From: Carcharhinus amblyrhynchos
Lineage: Eukaryota
Assembly (NCBI GenBank): GCA_965287045.1
Contig: OZ336875.1
Coordinates: 41,788,001-41,852,000 of the forward strand
Direction: 5' to 3'
DNA length: 64,000 bases
Shown here piece by piece: positions 1 to 11,600 of this stretch. A program made the position numbers and the translations under genes. Numbering within the stretch: the stretch's first letter is position 1; every line of letters begins with the position of its first letter. The notes beneath the pieces were generated by a model. It had not been told where the DNA came from. It worked only from the letters and a program-made list of their open reading frames with translations, and did no database searches.

Positions 1-189
1 TCATGCCACACTAATGCCAAATAATGAATATCTTCAATGAGAGGGTCCAACCCCCTCCCCTTGACATTGCCAGTTGCATTGCCACCATCTTATTCCCCAG
101 TATCATCATTCTGGAGGAAATGTTTGGTGGCTGGGTGGGGGAGAGGGGAATGCGTGGGAGCATTGACTAGAAACTTAACTGGATCAGCC

Positions 190-560
190 ATATAAATACA
201 GTGATTACAACAGTAGATCGGGGGTTGAGAGTTCTGCAACAAGGAACTCACTTCCTGACACCACAAAGTCTTCCCACCACCTACAAGGCACAAGTCAGAA
301 ATGTGATGGAATACTTGCCTGGCCTGGTTGAGTGTAGCTCCAACAAAACTCAAAAAGCTGAACACCATGCAAAAACAAAGCAGGCAGATTGATTACCTCA
401 TCCTCCATCCTAAACATTCACACCCACCATAGTGTATCATGGTTGTAGCCTGTAACATATAAGTTGTACTGCAACTCGCTAAAGTTCCTCCAAAACGTGT
501 GACTTCTACCACAAGGATAACAGATGCAAGAGAATGCCACCATCTTCACCACACAGATTA
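190..560 (+). mobile_element. Degenerate CR1/L2-clade LINE 3' fragment
   Basis: TTYKAQVRNVMEY is RT C-terminal-like. Confidence 0.55.
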
Positions 561-869
561 CAATAGGTCAGGAAAGCAGAATGCTTATCAGCTTCTCAAC
601 AGCACTTTGGAAAGGACTTTATCAAAGCTGCCCACATCCTAGGAATTAATAAATATTAGTGTACACAGAATATGTGTGTGTGCAGACTGCTTGTTTCCAT
701 TCAGAATGATTACCCCAGACATATAAAAAAAAACAACTAATTTAACAGTACACAGCTTAAGTGAAGGTATATATCAGCAATGCACTGAACACTTCTAATT
801 CCCATCCTAGATTTCTTCCTTCTGCATGGAAGTCACAATTCCTGCGAATAGCTGACTGATTACATCAAA

Positions 870-1275
870 AATAGAAGCAGGATAGGTCATTTGGTCCTTT
901 GAGCCTGCTCTGCCATTTTGTACGATCATGGCTAATCATCCAACACTAACCTATTCCTGCTTTCCCCTGTCTAGTCCTGTTAGAATTTTATAGGCTGCTA
1001 TGAGATCCTCCCCTCATTCTTCTAAACTCCAGTCAATATAATCTTCACCAATTCAACCTCTCCTCCCATGTCAGTCCCACAATTCCAGGAATCAGTCTGG
1101 TAAGCCTTCTCTGCATTCCTTCCATAGCAAGAACATGTTCCTCAGATGAGGAGACTAAAACTGAACACAATATTCCAGGTGTGGTCTCACTAAGGCCCTG
1201 TATAATTGCAGCAAGACATCCCTACTCCCTGTATTAGAATCCTCTCATGAAGGCCAACCTACCATTTGACTTTTT
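870..1275 (-). mobile_element. CR1-type LINE 3' fragment
   Basis: Reverse-complement similarity to the element at 43440-44370 (gcagcaagacatccctact, ttccaggtgtggtctcac). Confidence 0.75.
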
Positions 1276-3389
1276 AGAACAGGTAATGATGAATAGCAAA
1301 GGATACAAGATGGGATAGAAAGGTTCAATGCAGCCATACGCTATTGGATACCAGTGTCAGCAACAATATAAGACAGTTCACATTTTCCATCCTAAACTTT
1401 GGAGAATCAGACCACTACCACTCATTCCGAATGTGTCTGTTTGACACACTTCTCAATCTATTAGTTACAGTCAGTTGCCCAAAGCTATACTTTTGACTTT
1501 GTGAACCAACTGGGAAATTATGTTTTTATTACTTAACAGAAGGCGTTTCATTGTTACAATGCTGACCGATAATAAGAACACTGCCCGTGTATCTGAGGTT
1601 AAAAGGGAGAGGATGTATCAATGACACTGGCTGGATTCCAATTTGCATATGGAACTGTAATGTATTTCAGGCAAGAAAGTTATCCCTCACGTCAGCATTT
1701 CTTTTGCAAAACTGAGGTATGCAACTAGCAAAATGCACCGCACATAATAAGTGTAAATACATTATAAATTCAGGTAGGAATACTACCTAAGTTACTTGTC
1801 CTATTGCAATATTATATATCTAAAATCATATTAAGTGGTGCAGTTGGCATTTTATGGTTAGTTTTCAAATCTCAGATAAAAGACTGCAAGACTACTTGAT
1901 TGATTCTCCTTTAACAAACTGCAATTTAAATTAGCTATTAAGCTAAGACATTATATAATAGTGTCTTAAATGTTGAAAAACATATTGGTGCAAAGCACTT
2001 TCGAAGAACTAACAATCTATAGATTTGTGAGTCACTTTTATACTGGTCTCATTTAATTAAATCAGGTTCTAATCTGCATTTACAGTGCATTAACTGTACT
2101 GGCTTTGTCTTATTTCTGGCCTTTCACAGACCAAATTAGATTCACTTATTAAATTACATTAACACCACACAAATTTCCCTTGGGCTTTCTCTTCCTCCAC
2201 ATTCCAATCTTGATTTTTGTTGTTGTTGCTGTATAACTTACAAGGCTAAAGTAAACGCCATTTACCTGCAGTTTTGCAGAGAGGGTTTGAGGTGCTTGCT
2301 GCAGCTTGCAGAGATCCCTTGTTCGCTCAGTGAGATTTGTTGCTCATACCCTCGGACTGCAGGTTGGGAGAGTTCATCCTGCACTGACCCTGTACCCTCC
2401 TGCATCCAACTCAACAGCTTGATCCCGTTAAACCTCTGCCTAAAATAAAAAAAAATCGCCCGTGGTGTTTAGTTAGGCATTAACTAAAGTGTCTTTACTC
2501 CATACAGGGTTGGTATGCCGTCTCTCTAATTCGGGGCGTGTTTCCACTCCCTCCCTTCCCCCTCTTAATTTTGTAACATCACCTAGAGACAACGAGTTTC
2601 TTTTAACTCTGTTCAGGGAAGACTGACTCCTATTGGCCTGGGACTTGGCATTACACCATCACCGCTTCGTGTGTCTGTGTGCGTGCGTGTGTGTGCTGGT
2701 GGGAAGGGGGCTGCTATTAATATGTAGGAGGGGGCTGTTCTAGCGAATGGGGGTAATAATGGAGGAGAAGGGGTTGTGTCTATGTGTGTGTGGGGGGGGG
2801 GGGTGGGCATCAGATCTTATGGAATTAACTCAGGGGATCGAGCTTATCACTTTGCATTACTTACAGCCAGACTGAAGCTAACGCGGTACAGTCAAGTTAA
2901 TGATCGTGAATGCATTGAAGGTTGATTCTGCCGCTGGGTGAAGTTCAACTTATTAAGGAACAGTTACTGAAAAGCTTTTTTGAAAGGTTCTAATACATGG
3001 AGAAGTGTGTCAAACTGAAACATTCTGAATGAGGGACACTGACATTCATTCCCTATTGTAAAAATACATTTTTGGATGGAAAATGTGAGCGGTCTTACAT
3101 TGCTGCTGATCTCGGTATCCAGTCATAGCAATGGGGCCATTTACCCCACCTGTTCTATTCGCAGCCCATTCACAGGAATTGGCGAATTCGGTGCAGAACA
3201 AGGAAATCCAGGATGTCAATGGGAAGTAAAATCCGAAATAAAAACAAAAGAAAAATGCTGGATAAAGGTCAGAGCTGCTGAGTTTATCCGGCATTTTCTG
3301 CAGAAATGGGAAATATTTGGTGGAAATGCTGACACATATAGCAATGTCCTGACTGGCATGCAGAATGTTAGTGTTAACACCGGGAACAG

Positions 3390-3900
3390 AACTTACTGCA
3401 ATAAAAACAAGACTGCGGATGCTGGAAATCTGAAACAAAAACAGAGAATGTTGCAAAATCTCAGCAGATCTGACAGCATCTGTAGAGAGAGTAAGGATAG
3501 AGCCAACGTTTCAGTTCAGGATGGCTTTTCTTACTGCAACTTTCATTTCAAATAATCATTAAATACTTTCTAAATTCAAAAGGAAACTCTTCCAATGTCG
3601 TCTTTGGATAAATGAGTTAGTAGTGGGTACAGTTTATTAACAGTTTAACAGTTTAACGTTGACAGTTTATTGACTCCCCATATACAGATTGCACATGTAT
3701 TTAATAAAAATATAATCTACTGGGATAAACTCAGCAGGTCCGTTAACATCTCCGGAGACAGAATCGGAGTAGACGTTTGGAGTCCAAAATGATTGCAGAA
3801 AGATCATTTAGATCCCAAAATTTAAGTGTCTTTCTCTCTCCACAGATGCTGCCAGATCTGCTGAGTTTATCCAGCTTTTTTTGTTTTTATTTCAAAATGA
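3390..3900. mobile_element. Short Penelope-derived non-autonomous repeats (also ~4730-4815, ~7370-7525, ~42055-42150, ~54660-54745)
   Basis: Recurrent gatgctggaaat...ctcagcaggtctggcagcatctg motif in both orientations. Confidence 0.6.
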
Positions 3901-4179
3901 CTTCTTCAGAATTCCGTGTGTACAGTCAAAATTATAACCGGAAAACTGAACAAAAGGCGCGGAAAATCACCGGGGCTGTGCACAGCAGCTCAATCAGCCT
4001 CTGCAGGGAAGTGACTTCTACAAGCAGCAGAGATAAGAATGGAACATGTCCTGCTCGCTGCTGCCTTTTCTTCAGGGTCTGCACCCCGCCCTCCCCCCTT
4101 CCCAAATCCAGCAGATATTTCTGCTTGCTTAGCTTCCACAAATAACCAAATGAGCGGCTCCTCGCTTGCCGCTTCTCTT

Positions 4180-4300
4180 CTCGTCCTGCTAAAATTAGAA
4201 ACGTTTTTTTTTCTCCCTTCCCGGTGTTCTTCAAGTGGTCGGGACCAATCGGGCTTCCCGGCGGCTCGGGTTTCACTATAAGACCTGGACTAATCATCTT
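4180..4300 (+). promoter_or_regulatory. Probable TNNT3 core promoter
   Basis: CpG-rich segment with a MEF2 consensus CTAAAATTAG (4189-4198), CCAAT (4245-4249), MEF3/Six-like TCGGGTTTC (4266-4274) and a TATA-like CTATAGA (~4276), followed ~100 nt later by a donor GTG|gtaaga at 4380/4381. Confidence 0.6.
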
Positions 4301-4304
4301 GTGG

Positions 4305-4380
4305 AGTGCAGCAGGACCGACAGCCTGGCTAAAGCCCACCAGGGATCCTCCCTCCACCCGTCAGTCCGCTTCGCTTTGTG
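4305..4380 (+). other. TNNT3: Probable non-coding exon 1 of TNNT3 (5' end approximate)
   Basis: Lies ~30 nt after the TATA-like element, has no ATG and ends at GTG|gtaaga. TNNT3 has an untranslated first exon in other vertebrates. Confidence 0.55.
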
Positions 4381-5679
4381 GTAAGATCCGACATAGCGCG
4401 CTCTCTGGGCGAATTTTCTTAAAATCACGGCCAACCTTGACAGCGAATGGGTTGAGCAGTAATGTGCTTTGACATACACGATGGTATTCATAATGTTTAG
4501 ATAGTTTCCAATCAGAGCAGATCAACCAACAGTAGCTGCTACTCTCTAAACCATTCTTCATGTGCATCCTCCAGTTGGGCACTTTCTGGATGTAATGTTA
4601 CCTTGATCAGGAGAATGCAGGGAAACTGTTAAATCACTGGCTGTGGAATATTCAGTCTAATGTGGGAACCCCTTTTTGCGTTTGGCTCGTTTGGAAACCT
4701 CCAAACATGACTGAATCAGGTTTCAAGAGAGAAAATACTGGAAAATCTCAGCAGGTCTGGCAGCATCTGTAAGGGGAGAAGACAGCTGACGTTTCAATTC
4801 CAGATTACCCCTTTTTTATGGCGGTAGATAACAGGGGAATGATTTTAATGATGATGTTTAAATTAGATCGGAAGGCTCCGCTGTGAGACGGACTGTCTCA
4901 GTGTGATGGGTTTTTCTAAACTAAAGGGTTATTTCTGTAACAATGACTTTAGAGAATCGGAAACAATCACAGTTAGATGAAAGAAATAGCTGGTCTGTAT
5001 GGTTGACAGTGAGTGGAGTGTAGAATGTGGATACCTGCTGACGAGGAGGGTTCGGCAGCAATGGCTTTTTTCCTGTTTGCATGCAAGGCTCCTGAGTTAA
5101 AGGGGGAAAAAAAGCTCATTATGGAGAATATGGCACAGGGTCAGATAGTAGGTTTGAAAGAACCCTGATTCTGACAATCTTATTCATAAGATTCCACATG
5201 ACTGGGCCACACGTGTGGGGTGCTGGGGGGGGGGGGTGAACTAGGAACATAGAGAGATTTGGAAAAGAGAGGAAACTGAACTGGAAAGATGGAGATCGAG
5301 TGAGAGAGAATGGGATTGAGAGAGTGAGGTAAATAACCACAAGAGACTCATTAGAGGGAAAGATGAAAGTTCCCAGCGAGAATGCAGGGAAACTGTTAAA
5401 TCACTAGCTGGTCTTCTGCCCTAGAACAACGAATCAGATTGTATTCAACTCTGCAAGCCATGTGATAGAGAAGCACAGCAATATGGCAAAGTCCATAAGG
5501 CAAAGAATAAATTACACTGGCATCAATACGTCTCTGGAAAGGGCTTGTTGGCGTCGTGGGTATCTGATGATGATTAATTTAATGTTCTTGCTCGAAATAA
5601 CCCGAATGTGTGGCGTTTAATTGAATTGATTGAACTGAATGTTACTTTAGCTAAGGAAATTAGATTTACTCGGCAGCCA

Positions 5680-5860
5680 GTGAAGCGGCTAGCAGCTGCA
5701 GCCGAGCCGTGTCCCAGTCGCGCAGGATTACTTTAACTGGACACTGAGAAGACATCGCCTAATTAGGAAGGAGAATACTCGAGTGATCCTTGCAAGCTGA
5801 AGACGTCGAAATAGGATCTTGCGAGTGCACGGGGTTGCGCATTCCCAGCTGTTGGATCTG
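5680..5860. promoter_or_regulatory. Candidate intron-1 muscle enhancer
   Basis: E-box CAGCTG (~5693), perfect CArG box CCTAATTAGG (5758-5767), and M-CAT CATTCC (5840-5845) abutting E-box CAGCTG (5846-5851) in a CpG-containing segment. An exact MEF3 TCAGGTTTC occurs at 4716-4724. Confidence 0.5.
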
Positions 5861-6157
5861 CCTTCTCGTCTCCTGCTGAACTTTTCATAAAAGACATTTC
5901 TAAATGAAACTGTCCACTCACTTTGCTCTCTCCACCTCAGTTCTGGATCAGCTTCTGCGTGTCTTCGAAATTTGTGCATTAACCCTTCCCCACACAAGTC
6001 AGTGTCTGAATCTAGAACGACACGAAATATATATTTAACTTTAAAAAAAATCACAACCACAGCAGGTGTCAAAACATTTTATAGCCAATTAAGTAATTTT
6101 GAAGATTAGTCATTGTCCTAATATAGGGAATCAGGATGAGTGGAGAGGAAAGGATTT

Positions 6158-6600
6158 TTAAGTTTATTTATTAGTATCATAAGTAGGCTTATATTAACAC
6201 TGCAATGAAATTACTGTGAAAATCCCATAGTAGCCACACTTCGGTGCCTGTTTGGGTACACTGAGGGAGAACTTAGCATGGCCAATGCACCTAACCAGCA
6301 CATCTTTCGGAGTGTTTTTTTTTAAAAAGTAAAGTTTATTTATTAGTCGCAAATAGACTTACATTAACACTGCAATGAAGTTACTGTACTCGCCACACTC
6401 CGGTGCCTGTTTGAGTACATTGAAGGAGAATTTAGCATACCTAACCCACACACCTTTGGACTGTGGGAGGAAACCACACCCAGAGGAAACCCACGCAGAC
6501 ATGGGGACAATGTGCAAACTCGGCACAGACAGTGACCCAAACTGGGAATCGAACCCAGGTCCCTAGTGCTATGAGGCAGCAATGCTGACCACTGTGTCAC
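6158..6600 (-). mobile_element. Two adjacent tRNA-derived shark SINEs (HE1/V-SINE-like), one truncated
   Basis: Reverse complement of the gcacagtggttagcactgctgcctca...gggttcgattccc head and the ggtttcctcccacagtcc body. Confidence 0.8.
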
Positions 6601-7689
6601 CTGCAATTTTATGCATATTTCCATATCAGTATTAGTCATTGCTATATGTGGGTCTGTGTTTTTCTACAGCAGTACAATCAAGAAAATACGCAGTTAAAAC
6701 AAGTAATATGAGACATTCACATTTTGAAATATTTTCTTTTGGGGGTGGGAAGTGAATGTGAAACAGTTGCCTCACAATATCAGAAATCGTTTTCTTTCGG
6801 TCTAGCTCACCTCGGTTCTGTACGTGGAGCACACAGGGACCAGTAGGTGCCAATGTCTGCGGTCACAGTCAGTGCTTGGTTGTGATGGTACTCCAGTTAA
6901 ATAGCCCCTCATTCACACCTCACTACAACAAACACTGGTGCAAGATTCCACAGGCAGGTCCTGGAGCTCTGCCTTCAGGAAGAAAGGAATAGACAGCAAT
7001 ACAAAAGGAAAATAATTATTGCGCGACAGTCTGGTGAGGATCCTTATTTTTTGAAAAAGGAGATTGCTGCAATATTTTAAATGAAGGAGTTTGCAGCATG
7101 AATGCGAAAGCACAATTTCGTTGTCACTGAAAGTGAACTTTCACAGAAATTTCCATTCCATGGCCACGGGAAGATGTAAAGCCCTTTACGTAGAGCTTCC
7201 CACAGCTTTTCCACCCAGGTTACAGCAGAAAAAAGTGCAAGATTCTCGGTGTAAAATCAGCAGCACAGACCGGGGAAGGGGAGGGGTTCGGTTGCAGGCC
7301 ACTTTAGCCGGATAGTGCATCTGAACTTTCCTTGCTGCCTCGACTGTTTAAAGTGAATCAGGAAATCTTACTGCGGACGCTGGAATACTGCACAAAACCC
7401 TGGGGAAACCTAGCAGATCTGGCAGCACCGGTGGGGAAAGAAACAGAAACATTTAACTCTGTTTCTCTCTCCGCAGATGCTGCCAGACCTGCTGAGTTTA
7501 TTCAGCACTTTCTGTTTTGATTTTTTAATCAAGAATCTTACTGGGATCGGGGGCTGGGGGGGAGACTTCCTTTTCAGCATTGCTTCAATGTTTTATTTTT
7601 AGATTGAACCTAAGGGAAAGATTGAAGCTCTTTATTGAATAGATTCCCACGTTTGCATCACTATAGCCTCTTCCATCCAGTGTGTTAGT

Positions 7690-7990
7690 TAAAGTTAATT
7701 TATTTGTGTCACAAGTAAGCTTAAATTCACCCTGCAATGAAGTTACTGTGAAAATCCTCTAGTCACCACCTGTTTGAATACACTGATACTTGAGGGAGAA
7801 TTTAGCATGGCCAATGCACCGAACTAGCACCTCCTTCAGACTGTGGGAGGAAACCAGAGCACTTGGACGAAACCCACACAGACACTGGGAGAATGTGTAG
7901 ACGCCGCACAGGCAGTTACCCAAGCCGGGAATCGAACCTGAATCCCTTACACCATGAGACAACAGTGCTAATGACTGTGGCACTGTGCTA
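7690..7990 (-). mobile_element. tRNA-derived shark SINE
   Basis: Same family as 6330-6600. Confidence 0.8.
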
Positions 7991-8610
7991 TATCAAGAAG
8001 TGAAGGTGCTACCCTTCACCCTAGGGTTGGGGGACAGGTTCTGTCTATTAAAATTAAATGAAATGTTTTTGTTGACTTTGCACTTCTAAGGCCAGGTGCC
8101 TAGCCCACTTGACCATGTTTGTTGGAAATCTAGGCGCCTGCTACAACTACTTTCAAAGGTAGCAATATTGTGTATCCATATTCCTGGCATTCAAAGCTGA
8201 TGGACGAGACTCTTCTGGCAGTGACAGAACAAATTTGCCTGCCATTCCTAAATGATTCCCAAGTGGGTTGTGTGGGAAGGGTGGGTTGGCATATGACAGA
8301 TAGTCAGGAATATGTAGAAAATATAAATCGATAATCCCATTGGCGTGTGAATAAATCAGGAAATGACAGTGTGACAGCTCACCATGTCTGTATGGACAGC
8401 TGATCTACAGACTCCTGTATGGCGACAGTGCTATCTCCCCTGCATTTTGGTGACTGTATCAAGAAGGCGACATTAGTTCTGCACTGTTAATCAGGCTATT
8501 TCTGGTGGATGGTTTTCATTACATGTTTGCATACTTCAAATGGCAAGACTGAAGGCGATGGCCCTTGTCTCGGATGTAACATGCTGATAGAGATTCCTTT
8601 TTTTTTGCAG

Positions 8611-8651
8611 ACCCAAGGGGCCCAGCTCAAAATGTCTGACACTGAAGAAGT
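8611..8651 (+). CDS. TNNT3: TNNT3 exon 2 (ATG at 8632; MSDTEEV)
   Basis: (T)n-gcag acceptor, AAAATGTCTGACACTGAAGAAGT, gtaagt donor. Confidence 0.93.
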
Positions 8652-11600
8652 GTAAGTATTTATTTGAAGTATTATTAGTCATAACTTTGGTTAACCAATG
8701 CTTGGGATGACTCAGTTAAAGTAGATGAGCACCATCTCAGTTTTGCATTTTAAAGTCATTAAACGAATCAATGTTGATGTGATGCTGGATTATTTTATCT
8801 GTGAGTAACCCCCTGTTCTTTTCTCTTCTTGCAGGTATGAAGGTAAATGACAGCATCATTTGGCTGACATGCAGAAATGGAGTGAATCCAATCTTTTTAC
8901 ACACACGTATTGTAATCCTTGTAATAATCTCTTGGTTGTGTAGCATGAGGATTCTATCACATTCTAATGTCTAGTTGTTCACAATTCTTCATTTTTTATC
9001 TTAAGTTTTGGCCAATATTATTGTGTAATATTTAAGATAATTTTGATTTCAACATAAACCCTTGTGGGTTAATTTGAAGTTATGGAGCATGCCAGCGCCA
9101 CACTGGTTCCAATAGTGAAGCAGCCAGAACTATTCTGAGACTGTCTTTACTTAAATAGAACCAGGGCCAATGGGGTATCCAGATTCAGCTCACTTTATCC
9201 AAATTGACTCAATGTCAAGTGCTCTGGGAGAAAGGTGATGGGAGTTGTAGCCCTAGTGGGTAGTGGCCCAGTTAATTTTGTGGAGATTGATGTAGTACCC
9301 TGTTCTTCCCATCCCATAGTTAATAACTTCAAACTTACCTTTCCAATGAATGGTTACAGGCACAGAAGGAGGCTATTTGGCTCCAGTTGTCCGTTCTGGC
9401 TCTCTGCAAGAGTTATTCAGTTAACACCCCTCCATATTGCCCATTTTTCCCCATATTGCCATTGGTTCTTTTGCCATTCACCTTAATCCAATATCCTCTG
9501 GTCCTTGATCTTTCTGTGTCGATCCCCCATGATTTTGGATGCTTCTATCCAATCTCCTCTCATCCTACTTAAAGGAGCCATGATGTGGAGATGCCGGCGT
9601 CGGACTGGGATGAGCACAGCAAGAAGTCTCACAACACCAAGTTAAAGTTCAACAAGTTTCTTTGGAATCACAAACTTTCAGAGCGCCACTCCTTCTCCCA
9701 ATGAAGGAGCAGCGCTCTGAAAGTCCATGATTCCAAATAAACCTGTTGATCTTTAACCCGGTGTTGTGAGACTTCTTACTACTCAAAGGAAAATGTTCCA
9801 GCTTCTCTAATCTATCCTTAAAACTGAAATTCTTCATCATTGGAACCTCAGAAATCTTCTCTGCACACTATCTGAAGCCTAAAATGTAATAACCAAATTT
9901 GGGTACAATATTCCAACTGAAGTCAAAGCAATGTTTTAGAAAGATTCATCATGACTTATTTGCTTTTATAATCTTACACTTCTTTTTATAAAGCTGAAGA
10001 TCACATATTCCTTTTGAATCACTTTCTCAACTTGTCCTGCCACTTGTGCAGATATACCTCTCAGTCTCTCAATTTCTACACTTTCTTTGTAATTATACCC
10101 ATTATTTTATATTGCCTTTTCCTCATTCTTCTGATTGAAATGTATCACTTTTCACTTCTCTGTATTAAATTTAACATGTCCATCCCTTCCACCAACCTAC
10201 CCGTAGCTTCCTGAAGTCAATCATTATCCTCTTCACAGATTGCAATACTTCAAAATCTTATGCCATTTGCAAATTTTGAGACTTGTGCACCCAAATTTAG
10301 CTCATTAATGTAGATCATTAATGTAGATCAAGGAAAGCTGATGCCCCTTCAGTATATTCTTCCAATCCAAAAAATGTACATTCATCATTACTTTCTGTTT
10401 CCTGTCACATCACATTTGTTCCCATCTATTCCATGGATTTCAACATATCAAATGCTTTAGGCAGCCCAAATACACCACATTACCCTCCACAACTCTATCT
10501 CTTACCTCGTCACAAAACTCAATTAAGTTAGTTAATCATGATTTGACTTTAAGAAATCTTTGCTGCACTAATCCACATTTACCCAAGAGACTGTTAATTT
10601 TGTCCTGGTTTATCATTTCTCAATGTCTTCCTACCAACCAATAATAAACTGAATGGCCTTGCTGAGTTTATCCTTTACCCATCTTTTTGAACAAGGGTGT
10701 AACACTTGCCATTCTCCAGTCCTCTGTCATTATCCTTGAACTATGGATGATTGGAAAATTATAGTCAGTCCCTCTGCAATTTACATCTGTACATCTTAGT
10801 ATCACTGGATATATTCCATCTGGTCCTGGTATTAGAAAGACTGGTTGCAATGTATAGTTTAAATTATAAAGATAGCAAAAATAATGGCAGAGGGTGTGGC
10901 AAGAATCCAGAGTGATGCTTTTATATTATTTACAATTGAATCACAATTTTTTGTTTTACAAAAATGTCAGTACTTAAAAATCAAACTTTTAATGAAACAA
11001 AATAGAAAACTGTTCAGGGAGCATAATGGTCAGCAGATTCAACCCACTTGTTTTATGTCCCTGCCATTGGTAAAGGTGCTGGTGTATTTCTTTATAGTAG
11101 GAAGTCTCACAACACCAGGTTAAAGTCCAACAGATTTATTTGGTAGCAAAAGCCACCAGCTTTTGGAGCACTGCTCCTTTGTCAGGTAAGTGGGAGTTCT
11201 GTTCACAAACAGGGCATATAAAGGCACAAAACTCAATTTACAAAGTAATGGTTGGAATGCGATCTTTACAGGTAATCAAGTCTTAAAGGTGCAGACAATG
11301 TGAGTGGAGAGAGGGTTAAGCACAGGTCAAAGAGATGTGTATTGTCTCCAGCCAGGACGGTTAGTGAGATCTTGCAAGTCCAGGCAAGGTGTGGGGGTTA
11401 CAGATAGTGTGACATGAACCCAGTTGAGGCTGTCCTCATATGTGCGGAACTTGGCTATCAGTCTCTGCTCAGTGACTCTGCGTTGTCCTGTGTTGTGAAG
11501 GCCACTTTGGAGAACGCTTACCTGAAGATCAGAGGCCAAATGCTCGTGACTGCTGAAGTGTTCCCCAACAGGAAGTGATCACTCTTGCCTGGTGAGCAGT

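Noticed and set aside
3046-4491. Cluster of 80-159-aa ORFs near the promoter
   Set aside because: No recognisable domains; they overlap short Penelope-derived repeats and the GC-rich promoter.
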